A stretch of DNA of 64,000 nt from Candidatus Woesearchaeota archaeon. GTDB lineage: Archaea; Nanobdellota; Nanobdellia; Woesearchaeales; JAZDKJ01. A program made the position numbers and the translations under genes. The first letter of the stretch is position 1. The number at the start of each line of letters is the position of its first letter. The DNA is taken from assembly GCA_043803105.1 (NCBI GenBank), contig JAZDKJ010000008.1, forward strand, positions 1 to 64,000. Direction: 5' to 3'. This document shows, one piece after another, positions 8,830 to 19,161 of the stretch. The notes under the pieces were generated by a model, which was not told the DNA's origin, did no database searches, and worked only from the letters and a program-made list of their open reading frames with translations.

Positions 8830-9813
8830 TTAAATTGTTTTTTGTTTGACTGCCTCAAGTATTTCGATGTACCTCAATTCACGCAAGCCAGAAACTATCG
8901 GTTCTGCCATCAAAATGTTCCTAATCGAGGTCAAAGAGAAGTCTTCTTTGAACATGATTCTTGCTGGCTTTCCTCCACACCGATTATAAGTCATAGAAGG
9001 ATAATATTTACCATCATCATGCCTCAAGCCGCCAAAAGAGAACTTGTGGTTGTCACCTTCAGTTATTACGAAATTTCTTCTGCAGGAGGCCTTATCAGCC
9101 CTATAATTGAGGTCAAACTCTCCAGTGAACTTCACAAAATCAATCTTAAAGTGCATACCTTCCTTGATCTGCCTTGCTTCTAACACTTGATAGTCTTTGA
9201 TGAGATGATAATCAAGCAAGCTGAGAGCATGTATTCCCAAGTCAAAAAGTATGTCACTCGGTTGTCCGATACTTACTGTACCTGCGGATTCCCACACACA
9301 TTTGAAATAAGTCATGGATGACATAAGTTGCGCAAGGGTTGAGCCAACCACACAACTGACAACATCTTGATTTGAAGAAAGGTGAAGGCTTGCCAACTGC
9401 AAGTTAACACCATACACTAAATTCCTTTGCCGGGCAATTTCCACGAGCTCCTTTGACCCTTCCTTATAGGTGGTAGAAGGTTTCTCCATAAGCACACGTT
9501 CAAGGTCGGGGTCTTCAGAGAACAAAGCATGGAAAACGTGATAGTGTGAACAGGTCGGTGTGGCAATAATGGCATGCGATGGTTGTTCTTTTCTTATTAA
9601 CTCATATAAATTCGAATAACCGATCATGGTTGTGCCCTGAAATTCTTTTTGAATTTTAGCGCAGGTATTAGCTACATTGTCAGAACTGGTGCGAAAAATG
9701 CTTATCCTCGAGAATGGAACTGTTAGCTCTTTTTGCAGGTTAAGCAACTTCTGTAAATGATAATAACCAATGCCTCCGGCACCAATCACAGAAGCACTAT
9801 TTCCTTGTTTCAT
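8830..9813 (-). CDS. Gfo/Idh/MocA-like NAD(P)-dependent oxidoreductase (divergent)
   Basis: VIGAGGIG Rossmann motif, IATPT..H, LMEKP, DLGIH. Confidence 0.75.
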   Translation of the reverse strand: MKQGNSASVIGAGGIGYYHLQKLLNLQKELTVPFSRISIFRTSSDNVANTCAKIQKEFQGTTMIGYSNLYELIRKEQPSHAIIATPTCSHYHVFHALFSEDPDLERVLMEKPSTTYKEGSKELVEIARQRNLVYGVNLQLASLHLSSNQDVVSCVVGSTLAQLMSSMTYFKCVWESAGTVSIGQPSDILFDLGIHALSLLDYHLIKDYQVLEARQIKEGMHFKIDFVKFTGEFDLNYRADKASCRRNFVITEGDNHKFSFGGLRHDDGKYYPSMTYNRCGGKPARIMFKEDFSLTSIRNILMAEPIVSGLRELRYIEILEAVKQKTI

Positions 9814-9909
9814 TGTCCATTCGTGTCTATTACCAACCTAGGTAGATATCTAAATTAAGAACCTTTTGATTTGCAAACCTTTATTAAAGAAAAACAATAT
9901 GGTCTAACT

Positions 9910-10773
9910 ATGAAGAGGGAGTTGCTCGAAAGGGTAGGCATATTGCTGCTTAAGGAAGGATACACTATAAAATCGCTCACTCAAACATGCTTTGACATCC
10001 TGGCCAGAAGCAATGAACGAATATTATTAATAAAGATTCTGGAAGACGCAAACTCGCTTACAAATGAATACGCAAGCGCAATGTCAAGACTTGCAGGCTA
10101 TGTCCAGGGAAGCCCGCTTATAATAGCAGAAAAGGCAGGTTCATTATTACAGGATGGGGTGGTGTATTCAAGATTCGGGATATTCTGCGTAACAATAAAC
10201 ACGTTCAAGCATTGCCTGCAAAACCGTTTCCCAATAATCTTCAGGGACCAAAGCGGACTGACAGCATTCATTAAAGGAAAAGACCTAAGGGAGATACGAG
10301 AGAAAGAAGGGTACTCATTATCATTGCTGTCAAAAAAAATAGGCGTATCAAAGCGAATGATCCAGCAATATGAAAACCAGGAGTCGAAGATAACCATAGC
10401 TAAGGCCATCAAGATGCGCTCAATATTCGGGGACAAGATATTTGACAAGCTGGACGTTTTCTCAAAAAGGCAGCAATCAGAAGAAGAACCCAAAAGCGAC
10501 CTAACAAGAAAGTACGGTGAGCTCGGATTCAAGGCAATAGAGACAAAAAAGGTACCATTTGACATAATCGCAAAAATGGACAGAGAACTAATACTCACAG
10601 AGGTAGGAGACAAGCCTAGGCCTGGATTGGAGCCAATCTCCCAGATGTTAGGGGCTGACAGGCTGGTAATATACAAGAAGAACAAACCGAAAAAAATACC
10701 TGGCTTGAAGAAAAAAGAGTTTCTCGAATTTGACAAGGCATATGAGCTTGTGCAGTTCCTAAAAGAATACTAG
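9910..10773 (+). CDS. Archaeal XRE-HTH transcriptional regulator (COG1395-like)
   Basis: CFDILAR...LLIKIL, GVVYSRFG, HTH LREIREKEGYSLSLLSKKIGVSKRMIQQYE, PFDIIA. Confidence 0.8.
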   Translation: MKRELLERVGILLLKEGYTIKSLTQTCFDILARSNERILLIKILEDANSLTNEYASAMSRLAGYVQGSPLIIAEKAGSLLQDGVVYSRFGIFCVTINTFKHCLQNRFPIIFRDQSGLTAFIKGKDLREIREKEGYSLSLLSKKIGVSKRMIQQYENQESKITIAKAIKMRSIFGDKIFDKLDVFSKRQQSEEEPKSDLTRKYGELGFKAIETKKVPFDIIAKMDRELILTEVGDKPRPGLEPISQMLGADRLVIYKKNKPKKIPGLKKKEFLEFDKAYELVQFLKEY

Positions 10774-10834
10774 GATAAAAGAGCCAATCTTAAGGGAAGC
10801 TGAGATAGTGATACGAAAGCAGCTGGCAGGCTCC

Positions 10835-11752
10835 TCAAGTCCAAATAATAGGTTTGTCTGTTGAGAGGGCGAGCCCTTTGCCGATGCCAAGGCCTAGGCT
10901 GTAGGAATTCTGGTTAAATGCGCCCAAGAGAACATCAAGCAATCCTTTCTTAGTGGAGTATTCAGCAACCTGGGCAGTGATGTTTAATTTATTTTCAAGA
11001 TAGTGTATCGCTTCCTCCCTGCCTCCAAACTCGTCAATCAGACCGAGGTCCAAGGCAGTTGAACCAAGATAGACCTGGCCTGTGGCAAGTGCCTGCACAG
11101 ACTGAACAGGCAGATGCCTGTTTTTCGCAACAGTCTCTACAAAATATTGATGCACAGAATCAAGGTCTTTCTGGAAAAGTTGCCTTTCTTCTCCGGTCAA
11201 AGGCTTGTAAGGGCTTCCCATATCCTTATATTTGCCTGAAACAAGCCGGTCATAGGTAACATTATAATCCCGCAGAAGGCCTGCAAAATCCAGATATGAA
11301 GAAATTACGCCAATCGAACCTGTAAGTGAAACTCTACTCGCAAAAATCCTATCGGTAGAGCTCGCAATCCAGTAAGCACCTGAGGCACCAACCTCGCGGA
11401 TATAGGAGACAGTGGTCTTATTGGCAGAGCGGATGGCATTGGCGATCTCTTCTGAAGCAACACCGGAGCCGCCAGGAGAATTGATCTCAAAAATTAAAGC
11501 CTTAATCTGAGGATTTTCCTTGGCACTGTTGATAAACGCAACAATGTCTGAAGAAGATGCGACAGACTCTCCAAATGGTGAACTGGAGCCTGAAGCCATA
11601 ATAACGCCGTCAACAGAGATGAGGGCAACATTGCCTGCGGAAGGCATTGAGCCTGAAAAAAGGCTAATGAAAGCAGCTGCAAAATAGGCTAGGAGCGCGA
11701 GTACTCCCACCACGACTAGCAAAGCAATCCATCTATTCGGTTTTTTTTCCAT
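10835..11752 (-). CDS. sppA: Signal peptide peptidase SppA (S49)
   Basis: INSPGGS, GASGAYWIA, TGSIGV, GKYKD; GGTGA RBS before ATG 11752. Confidence 0.92.
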   Translation of the reverse strand: MEKKPNRWIALLVVVGVLALLAYFAAAFISLFSGSMPSAGNVALISVDGVIMASGSSSPFGESVASSSDIVAFINSAKENPQIKALIFEINSPGGSGVASEEIANAIRSANKTTVSYIREVGASGAYWIASSTDRIFASRVSLTGSIGVISSYLDFAGLLRDYNVTYDRLVSGKYKDMGSPYKPLTGEERQLFQKDLDSVHQYFVETVAKNRHLPVQSVQALATGQVYLGSTALDLGLIDEFGGREEAIHYLENKLNITAQVAEYSTKKGLLDVLLGAFNQNSYSLGLGIGKGLALSTDKPIIWT

Positions 11753-11756
11753 GTTA

Positions 11757-12221
11757 TCACCACGAAACATTTTCCATAACCTTTGTCTGGCTCAGATATT
11801 CTGTAAGCCTTTGATGCTTTTTGGCAAACAAGAGGAAGACGGGGTCTGCCAGCCAGAGGAGCACAAAGGGAAACAAGGGAATGATGAAAAGGCTTCGAAG
11901 ACAATACCTCCATAAAGACTGGTTCGGCGCTACAATCTGAAGATTGAAGACAAGCTTTCCCAGGGTTTGGCCTACCATTCTCTCTAGAAGGAAAAAATAC
12001 AGGAAGGCCAGAATCGATATGATGACGAGGCTTGAGTACAAAACAACACTTGGCCTGGCAGAGATATAGTTGTAGGTTTCAAGAAAACCGGTTAAAGGAA
12101 CAGCGCTGTTTATAAGGTTCCTAAAAGGGTAGACAAAAAATGTATTGATTACCAAAAGGTCAACAACAAAGGCAAGAAACCTTTTAGCTAGAGAAGCGTC
12201 TATCATCATGTTCTTTGGCAT
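11757..12221 (-). CDS. RDD family membrane protein
   Basis: [20 protein letters not shown]. Confidence 0.85.
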   Translation of the reverse strand: MPKNMMIDASLAKRFLAFVVDLLVINTFFVYPFRNLINSAVPLTGFLETYNYISARPSVVLYSSLVIISILAFLYFFLLERMVGQTLGKLVFNLQIVAPNQSLWRYCLRSLFIIPLFPFVLLWLADPVFLLFAKKHQRLTEYLSQTKVMENVSW

Positions 12222-12302
12222 TATACTCCGGCAAAGCACCTGTGGTATAAAAAGATTTGTTCAACCACAAAGCTTATAACATGGATTTTGTTACTTCGGA
12301 TT

Positions 12303-12647
12303 ATGAGCAGGAAAAAGGCAGAGGAGGAGCAGCAAGCGCAGATAGAAGAAGAGCTCAGGAGAGTGAAGCTGCCCAGAGGGAACCAGTGTCTTGGGCTGCT
12401 TGAGCAGAGAGTAGGAGGCTCAAGGACAAAGGTAAGATGCCTTGATGGAAAGATGAGGATATGCCGCATCCCTGGAAGACTCAAAAGAAAGCTTTGGGTA
12501 AGGGAAGGCGACATAGTGCTTGTCGAGCCATGGGAGCTTTCAGGGAACGAGAAGGGAGATATTATATTCAAGTACAAGCCGATACAGGTGGAATTCCTGC
12601 GAAGGAAAGGATACCTTGACAAATTGCAGGACCTGGAAGAATTCTAA
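12303..12647 (+). CDS. eif1a: Translation initiation factor aIF-1A
   Basis: [38 protein letters not shown]. Confidence 0.95.
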   Translation: MSRKKAEEEQQAQIEEELRRVKLPRGNQCLGLLEQRVGGSRTKVRCLDGKMRICRIPGRLKRKLWVREGDIVLVEPWELSGNEKGDIIFKYKPIQVEFLRRKGYLDKLQDLEEF

Positions 12648-12783
12648 GCATCAACTCAGGATATGAACACTTTGCTGCATGTTTAATGCTAGGCTGAGAG
12701 GCAATGCCGAAAGATTACGAACCTTCAATTTTACCACTCTAGAATAGAAATATTTATATAGGTGTAAACCCTCTAAAAAAACA

Positions 12784-13377
12784 ATGTGGGGGAAAAAATT
12801 TCTTGCAGCGATAATAATCAGCTTTGCCTATTTTCTTGGGCTGATACCACTGATGTTCAGCATGAACAACTATTTTATCGCGGAGATGAGCATCTTTGGT
12901 GTTTTGCTGGTATTCACTGTAATCGCGACATTAGGAGTATATAATGACAAGAGATGGTCATGGCCATGGTACATCTTTGTCAATGCGCTAGCCCTGCTGA
13001 ACCTGATATTGGTGTACCTCTTCATGCAAAGGATCTTCCTTTTCGGGATTGTGGCGCTCGTTGCCGTCGTATCCTTCCTGTTTTCGGTGATGTCAGCGGA
13101 AAGCGACGAGGACTACGAATACGAAAAGTATGAGGAAAAACTGGAGCATGGGGTAAGGGACGACGAGGTCATAGTGGAAGAGATTACCCCACTGAAAGAG
13201 GCCGCGCATAAGCACAGAAAGTCTGAGAAGCAATACGTCGGAAGCATAAAGAGTGCAGAATACCACCTTGCGAGCTGCCCCACAGCAAGGAAGATCACAG
13301 GCAAAAACAAGATAATGTTCACAAGCGACAGCGAAGCAGAAGAGGAAGGATACAAAAAGCACAGCTGCGTGAAATAA
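12784..13377 (+). CDS. 4-TM membrane protein with C-terminal Ada-like metal-binding domain
   Basis: Four hydrophobic helices, acidic linker, YVGS...YHLASCPTA...GYKKHSC. Confidence 0.7.
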   Translation: MWGKKFLAAIIISFAYFLGLIPLMFSMNNYFIAEMSIFGVLLVFTVIATLGVYNDKRWSWPWYIFVNALALLNLILVYLFMQRIFLFGIVALVAVVSFLFSVMSAESDEDYEYEKYEEKLEHGVRDDEVIVEEITPLKEAAHKHRKSEKQYVGSIKSAEYHLASCPTARKITGKNKIMFTSDSEAEEEGYKKHSCVK

Positions 13378-13386
13378 TTTCGATTG

Positions 13387-13812
13387 CTATTTTCTTTTTC
13401 TGAATTGCGTAAAAAAGAGAAGGACCACACCGATAGAAATGCAGCTATCAGCAACATTAAAAGCTGGCCAGAAATGGAAATTGATGAAGTCAACAACATA
13501 GCCGAGAAAAACCCTATCAATCAGGTTGCCCACAGCGCCGGCAAGAACAAGGGCAGTAGGCCAACGGTGCTTCTTGAGTTGGTCATAATAGAAAAGGATA
13601 AGGCCTATCACGATGATGCTAGTCCAGATAAGGAGCATGCGCTGGCCCTGGAGTATACCAAAGCCTGCACCAAAATTCTGTATCTTATCCAAAGACAAAA
13701 TCTTGGGAATGAGAATTATAGGCTGGCTTACGAGCAACTGAATCAAGAGCTTTGTCAGCTGGTCGAGAATGAGCATAACCAGAAATATAGAGAGAATCCT
13801 TGGTTTTACCAT
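13387..13812 (-). CDS. lspA: Lipoprotein signal peptidase II
   Basis: DQLTK, NFGAGFG, GAVGNLIDR, VVDF, FNVAD. Confidence 0.92.
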   Translation of the reverse strand: MVKPRILSIFLVMLILDQLTKLLIQLLVSQPIILIPKILSLDKIQNFGAGFGILQGQRMLLIWTSIIVIGLILFYYDQLKKHRWPTALVLAGAVGNLIDRVFLGYVVDFINFHFWPAFNVADSCISIGVVLLFFTQFRKRK

Positions 13813-14174
13813 CTTGGGCGATAATTCTTCTCCTGCTCATGCTTGGCAATAGATTCTATAGAAATAAGTCTTTGGTTCATGCTCTCCATCTGTGCGCGCA
13901 ATGCATCAAGCTTCGCGCCAATGAGCTCAATATCCTTCTGAATGTTGTTGCCCTGCAACACGGGTTTGTCAAGCTGGGCAAAGGCAGAGGGAATGTTGGG
14001 GCTTTTGTCAAACATTGCTGAATCAAAGCCAGGAGTATTGGGCATGCTTGGCAGGTTGAAATCAGGATTCTGCGTATTGTGACTGTCAAGACCCTCGAAA
14101 TGCTGTGGCGCCTGGTCAAATGGAGAATACGCTGGTTCTTTGTCCCAAAACTTCAGCTTGCCGAAAAAACTCAC
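13806..14174 (-). CDS. Hypothetical protein with C-terminal coiled coil
   Basis: Low-complexity N-terminus; KDIELIGAKLDALRAQMESMNQRL; overlaps the lspA start. Confidence 0.7.
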   Translation of the reverse strand: MSFFGKLKFWDKEPAYSPFDQAPQHFEGLDSHNTQNPDFNLPSMPNTPGFDSAMFDKSPNIPSAFAQLDKPVLQGNNIQKDIELIGAKLDALRAQMESMNQRLISIESIAKHEQEKNYRPRW

Positions 14175-14223
14175 TTTAACACCTGTATGGATTCTCGTGA
14201 AAGACGCTTATATAAAGGTTTTG

Positions 14224-15186
14224 CTACCTCCCAAGGTGAGATGCAAAATGCACTATCCTCTTTGCAAGGTCAAAGACCAGGATTGAAAGCGATGGTTCGC
14301 TAACAGGCTTTAGTTTTTCTTCTGGAATTGCTATGACCTGAGTGCAGATGTCTCGCTTAGCTTCTTGAGCTACAGGATTGCACTCATAGTTCAAAGTCTC
14401 ATTAGACACCAAGGGCAGCGCCTTTTCCTTAATGTTCACGCACTTGTGGCTGTCCTTTGTAGCGTAAAGCTCATCAATGCAGCCAGTAACGTGAACAGAA
14501 ACGCTAGCAACAGCCGGAAGGTCTTCAACAGGAATCCTTAGCACATAGCGATCATTACCCAGTGCGAAGAACTCTCTAGTGAAGGGAAGGGCAAGCTTAC
14601 CAACATTCTTCTCATCATCTTCAGGATTTAGGGTAAAGACAACATCTGTTGAGACATTCACATCAGAAAACTCCTTGGAACCAAGACCATGGAAGTCAAC
14701 CCTGAAGAAATTCCTGTCGGTGGTGCAATTATCTATGGTAAGATTCAGGGGAGCGCAAATATGCTTGTAGCCTGGACAATTGACAGTGAACTTGAGGAGT
14801 GAAACAAATTCATAGATAGGTATGAGCTCGGCAAAGATACCTGAAAAAACCACAGAGTAATTCTTGTTCTCAATAAAGGTATATTCCTTTGACACGAACA
14901 AGGTGTTCTGTGAGTGCTTGGAGATGTTTGTCTTCTCAAAGTCAGTTGTGTAGTAAGAACCCGCGATCCATAAATAGGTGTCAGGGCCGGCCTTAATAGC
15001 AACATCCTTGATAAAGCCAGGCAATGGGACATCACCCTTTATTTGGGTAAAAGGCAGGACAGCCTGGCCGTTGGGATAGCATTTTGTTGAGGCGACCTTG
15101 CCATAATACATCATGACATCGTATTGGTCTGCAGAGACAATACCAGCTAAACAGACGAAAACCAGCAGTAGAAAAATGCACCTCAT
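14224..15186 (-). CDS. Secreted Cys-containing hypothetical protein
   Basis: Signal peptide MRCIFLLLVFVCLAGIVSA. Confidence 0.7.
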   Translation of the reverse strand: MRCIFLLLVFVCLAGIVSADQYDVMMYYGKVASTKCYPNGQAVLPFTQIKGDVPLPGFIKDVAIKAGPDTYLWIAGSYYTTDFEKTNISKHSQNTLFVSKEYTFIENKNYSVVFSGIFAELIPIYEFVSLLKFTVNCPGYKHICAPLNLTIDNCTTDRNFFRVDFHGLGSKEFSDVNVSTDVVFTLNPEDDEKNVGKLALPFTREFFALGNDRYVLRIPVEDLPAVASVSVHVTGCIDELYATKDSHKCVNIKEKALPLVSNETLNYECNPVAQEAKRDICTQVIAIPEEKLKPVSEPSLSILVFDLAKRIVHFASHLGR

Positions 15187-15266
15187 TTTAAGAAAACCTG
15201 TAAGAGCAGTTATTTAAATGTTTGCAGGAGAGGGCATATCGGCTGGCTAAGTACAGTTGCAGTGCT

Positions 15267-16112
15267 TCACTGGTTCATATCGCCCATGTTTACTATGCTG
15301 TTATACATAAAGGTCCCCATGATAGTCGTCATGGTTCCGTCGTCAGAGCCATAGGTGTGATATGCCTGCTCACTGGCCTTTTGCATTATTTCAGAAATCC
15401 TTTTTTTGTCTGCCTCAGTAAGCCGGCTGTTCAATGCGTTGCTGGTCTTTTGCAATGCATTTAAGTCGTCCGCCAGGTTTTTTGTAAGAGATGCAATGGA
15501 TTGTTTGAATTCCAAGAAAACACTGGCTTCTTTGTTGTAGGTCACCCTAAGGTTATTAAACTCAGCAGAATAATTTGCAAGAATTGTAGACTTAGTTCGG
15601 AAGAGAAAACGAAATCCAACGCCAATCCAATCTTCACAGAATTTCTGTTCTTGTTTGAGCAAATCCCCAAACTTTTCGATTAATGTAGTGGTCGTTTTCT
15701 CATAATCAGCAATATGCTGTGCAAAGGCATTTCCATGCGTGTTCCATTCAGCGAGTATATCATTATTTTCGGCGAAGATTGTTTTATAGATTGAGCCGAT
15801 AGTATTGAAAGCCCGTCTGTGCCAATGACAAAGATTACCTATCCCCACCTCGACTATTTTTATGAACTTGAGCTCCCTGTCAACAGCATAGATGTACTCC
15901 TCAATAAGATATTTGTCTTCTTTGGCAACACGCCATTTGTCGGTATCTTTGTATTTAGTCGTGACGTCAACAATCTTTTTTATCAGCTCTCGCTTGTAGG
16001 CAAGCCTTCTCTGCACAAATTCTAAGGTCCGGTTACTTCGTGCCCTGTCTTTTTCAATCGCACGGAGGTAATCCTCAGCCTCTGAAACTAGCTTCTCTAT
16101 GGTTTTTGCCAC
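15267..16112 (-). CDS. Hypothetical helical/coiled-coil protein
   Basis: 281-aa ORF, charged heptad-like sequence. Confidence 0.65.
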   Translation of the reverse strand: MAKTIEKLVSEAEDYLRAIEKDRARSNRTLEFVQRRLAYKRELIKKIVDVTTKYKDTDKWRVAKEDKYLIEEYIYAVDRELKFIKIVEVGIGNLCHWHRRAFNTIGSIYKTIFAENNDILAEWNTHGNAFAQHIADYEKTTTTLIEKFGDLLKQEQKFCEDWIGVGFRFLFRTKSTILANYSAEFNNLRVTYNKEASVFLEFKQSIASLTKNLADDLNALQKTSNALNSRLTEADKKRISEIMQKASEQAYHTYGSDDGTMTTIMGTFMYNSIVNMGDMNQ

Positions 16113-16246
16113 AAAAATAATGATTGAAGTCGCTTGTTCTTAATTCTTTCTACTTTGTTCATCCAATCTAACACTTTATTGCTTTGAAGAGCAGGCAATT
16201 TCTGTAATCCTCCCTTTTGGCATAATGCCTTTTTATAACCACAGGT

Positions 16247-17506
16247 TCAGACGCTGCGTTCTGCAATCAACTTAGAAAACAATCGTTCTCCATATTTTGT
16301 GTACATCATATTTTTCTTAACCTTGGGATCATTCTTTAGATAATCAATGAGTTCGGTTTTACTGAGTTTGAGGTATTTTTTCATCAACCAAAATCCTTTT
16401 TGGGTTGCCGCCCATACAAAGTCCAGATCATTGAATGCAGCAAGATTCTTGTCCTTAAGGTAAATACGGTAGTCGCCGAATGCCCAGTTATCATGAACCC
16501 CAACAAGATTTACGATTGCATTTGATTTGCGCTTAGGGTAACCTGTCTTACCCAAAATATCAATAGCAATCTCTTTCCCACGTTTCATATGTAGCCTTCT
16601 GACATCCCTGTCAAAAGGGTATTCTTTACCGAATCCAACATAACCAACATCATGAAGAATCACCAATGGAAGAAGAATAGTTTCATCAAGGGACTCCTCT
16701 TTTGCCATTTTTTTTGCTTCTGATAGCATCCACTGAATGTGGTCAACGTCATTAGGCCTAGCTTTCAAATAGTAAGGTTCTGCAAATCTCCATAATTTGT
16801 CATAGATACTTTCATTCCCACATTTTTTATCAAAAGTGCATTCGGTGCAGTTTGGCAACTTCATGCAGTGCCTCTTTGCATGCTCAACTATTAAAGCATG
16901 GAATTCCTGGAAGACTTTCCAATCCTTTGTAAGTGATTTTTCGAAAAAATGTCGAACATCATCATAATCCGAGTTTTCCTTAAAAAATTTTGCTCTTGAG
17001 AAAATTCTCTTTGTATAGGCGTCAACAACGAAAATTGGGACTTTGTAAGCATACAACAGAATTGAGTCAGCAGTCTCTTTGCCTACACCCCAGACAGAGA
17101 GCAGCTGCTCCCTGGTCGGAGTCCTTCCCTTCAAACTAAGGTAAAAATCTGCAAATATCTTGAGCTTCTTTGCCTTTTGGTTGAAATATCCTGCAGGCTT
17201 TATCGCTGACGTTAATCTGTTAACGGACATTTTCTTAATCTTTGCTGCATCGATTGAATTTGATTTCTTGAGGTTTGTTAGGGCTTTCTCGACATTAGGC
17301 CAGGCAGTGTTCTGCGTCAGTATGGCACCAACACAAATCTCAAATCTTTGCGCATCTGTTCGTGGATACGAGTAGTCTCCGGGATGATAACCTCTAATCG
17401 AGCCTGTCTTTGTCGGATTGCAACCTTTGCAATCTAGAAGAGGCCACCAGCCTTGAGAGCCGTAGTTCTTGAGAAGGGTTTTGTAGATTTGGAGGATTTG
17501 GTTCAT
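16247..17506 (-). CDS. Endonuclease III-like HhH-GPD glycosylase fused to a C-terminal HD-domain hydrolase
   Basis: GWWP, GAILTQNTAW, LLSVWGVGKETAD, VVDAY, Fe-S motif CMKLPNCTECTFDKKC; then H...ILHDVG...HD...D. Confidence 0.85.
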   Translation of the reverse strand: MNQILQIYKTLLKNYGSQGWWPLLDCKGCNPTKTGSIRGYHPGDYSYPRTDAQRFEICVGAILTQNTAWPNVEKALTNLKKSNSIDAAKIKKMSVNRLTSAIKPAGYFNQKAKKLKIFADFYLSLKGRTPTREQLLSVWGVGKETADSILLYAYKVPIFVVDAYTKRIFSRAKFFKENSDYDDVRHFFEKSLTKDWKVFQEFHALIVEHAKRHCMKLPNCTECTFDKKCGNESIYDKLWRFAEPYYLKARPNDVDHIQWMLSEAKKMAKEESLDETILLPLVILHDVGYVGFGKEYPFDRDVRRLHMKRGKEIAIDILGKTGYPKRKSNAIVNLVGVHDNWAFGDYRIYLKDKNLAAFNDLDFVWAATQKGFWLMKKYLKLSKTELIDYLKNDPKVKKNMMYTKYGERLFSKLIAERSV

Positions 17507-17594
17507 TTAGGCTATTTAAGTCACTCTTATTATAAATAATTATTTATACTTATAAATTCATTTATGCTTACTACAAAGGAACAGAGGTTTTTAC

Positions 17595-18011
17595 ATGAAA
17601 ATCTTTTTTTCAGGTTCGATTCGCGGCGGTAGAAATGATGTTGATATTTACAGAGAAATAGTCGACTACTTGAAGACCAAGGGAGAATTATTCGGTGAAT
17701 TTAATGCCGATAAGACTTTGGAGGAAAAGGAGAAGAAGGAAAAAACAAGTGACAATGAAATTCATAAGAATGATGTAAGACTGATAAAACAATGTGATAT
17801 TTTAGTTGCAGAGGTCTCAACTCCCAGCATTGGAGTTGGATACGAAATTGGGATTGCTGAATCCCTTAAAAAGACAATACTGTGCCTATTCAGAGAAGGA
17901 GTAGGTGCAAGACTATCAGCCATGATTAATGGCAATGACAAGATCACTGTCATAAGGTATACAACGGTGGAGGAGCTTAAAGAAGAACTCAAGGATTTTT
18001 TTGATGGTTGA
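17595..18011 (+). CDS. Nucleoside 2-deoxyribosyltransferase / DNPH1(Rcl)-like N-glycosidase
   Basis: IFFSGSIRGGR, D...CDILVAEVSTPSIGVGYE, LSAMI. Confidence 0.9.
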   Translation: MKIFFSGSIRGGRNDVDIYREIVDYLKTKGELFGEFNADKTLEEKEKKEKTSDNEIHKNDVRLIKQCDILVAEVSTPSIGVGYEIGIAESLKKTILCLFREGVGARLSAMINGNDKITVIRYTTVEELKEELKDFFDG

Positions 18012-18057
18012 GACTCTCACGACCGATAGTTGCCTGTATTAAACAAAACCTTTAAAT

Positions 18058-18088
18058 ATAAGTAATACTTATTGGTAAGTAAATCTTA
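18058..18088 (+). promoter_or_regulatory. Putative operator pair upstream of the AbrB-PIN module
   Basis: Perfect palindrome ataagt-aat-acttat plus imperfect copy taagtaaatctta, next to a TTTAAATA box. Confidence 0.5.
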
Positions 18089-18103
18089 TTATAGGTGAAA
18101 AAA

Positions 18104-18361
18104 ATGGACAAGATCGAGATAACCAGCATGAGTTCAAGGGGGCAGGTTGTTATACCTCAAGACATTAGGGAGCAACTTGGTTTGCGAGATGGTGAGAAGT
18201 TCGTTGTCATAGGTGAAGATGACACTGTGGTCTTAAAGAAGATATCAATGCCCTCTTTTGAAAACTTTGACAAGCTGCTTAAGAAGACTCAAGAGTTTGT
18301 CAAGAGCAAGAATATCACTAAGGAAAAACTTGAAGGAGCTATCAGCAGAGCTCGGAAATGA
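18104..18361 (+). CDS. AbrB/MazE-family antitoxin
   Basis: MSSRGQVVIPQDIREQLGLRDG. Confidence 0.9.
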   Translation: MDKIEITSMSSRGQVVIPQDIREQLGLRDGEKFVVIGEDDTVVLKKISMPSFENFDKLLKKTQEFVKSKNITKEKLEGAISRARK

Positions 18362-18759
18362 AGGTAGTTATAGACACCAATGTTTTCATCTCAGGGATAT
18401 TTTGGACCGGCAGCCCAAATAAGGTAATAACTGCATGGAAAGCTGGAAAATTCCAAACTATTGTGTCAATTGATATTGTCAATGAGATAAGTAGAGTATT
18501 ATCTGATTTTGAAATTGCTCTTCCGCCAGAGCAGATTAGCGAATGGACTGATTTGATAATGAAGAATTCTATTATAGTAGAACCTCAGGACAAGGTGATG
18601 ATTGTAAAGGAGGATCCAGCTGACAATAAATTTGTAGATGCGGCTGTTTCAGGAAAAGCAGAGTTAATAGTGACCGGAGATGCTCACTTGAAGAAACTAA
18701 AAGAGTATCAAGGAGTAAAGATCATTTCTCCTGATGAATTCTTACAAATGTTGAAATAG
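18358..18759 (+). CDS. PIN-domain (VapC-like) toxin
   Basis: VVIDTNVFIS, DPADNKFV, IVTGD.HL; ATGA overlap with the antitoxin. Confidence 0.9.
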   Translation: MKVVIDTNVFISGIFWTGSPNKVITAWKAGKFQTIVSIDIVNEISRVLSDFEIALPPEQISEWTDLIMKNSIIVEPQDKVMIVKEDPADNKFVDAAVSGKAELIVTGDAHLKKLKEYQGVKIISPDEFLQMLK

Positions 18760-18773
18760 GATATGGAATTTAC

Positions 18774-18964
18774 TCACTCAAAAGTATATATTGTAGAATA
18801 TATTAAAATTATTAGTTAATAAGATTATTAAAACAAGAAGGAGGTTTTAGGTTTTCCATGCTCAGAAAATATGATTTTCTGGCATCAGAAAAATGCTCTG
18901 GCATTTTTCGACATTTGGAACAAAAAATATCTGGAATCCCCAAATCCTTAGTATTCCCAATATA
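18774..18964. repeat. Island-end element R, copy A (complete)
   Basis: 18774-18845 identical (72 bp) to 24855-24926; 18847-18940 identical (94 bp) to 25729-25822. Confidence 0.9.
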
Positions 18965-19159
18965 TTGTGTCAGTATTGCCCCAACACAGATTTCAAATTG
19001 CTGGTTTTTTGTCTTTGGATAAGAATAGTCTCCTGGATGATATCCTCTTATTGAGCCTGTCTTTGTCGGATTGCAACCTTTGCAGTTTATGAGGGGCCAC
19101 CAGCCTTGAGGGCCGTAACTTTTCAAAAGGGTTTTGTAGATGTAAATTTTTTCTTTCAT
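18965..19159 (-). pseudogene. 5' fragment of endonuclease III-like gene truncated at GAILTQ
   Basis: YKTLLKSYGPQGWWPLINCKGCNPTKTGSIRGYHPGDYSYP...GAILTQ matches the N-terminus of 16247-17506, then similarity stops. Confidence 0.9.
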
Positions 19160-19161
19160 GA

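Noticed and set aside
18774-18964. R as an intron in nth
   Set aside because: No 3' exon starting NTAW follows either fragment; a complete gene with its own 5' end lies downstream instead.
18812-18964. C-terminal extension of the 115-aa ORF, or a GGAGGT-led antisense peptide in R
   Set aside because: The reading frame is not conserved among R copies (copy C stops after 7 codons; copy B differs).
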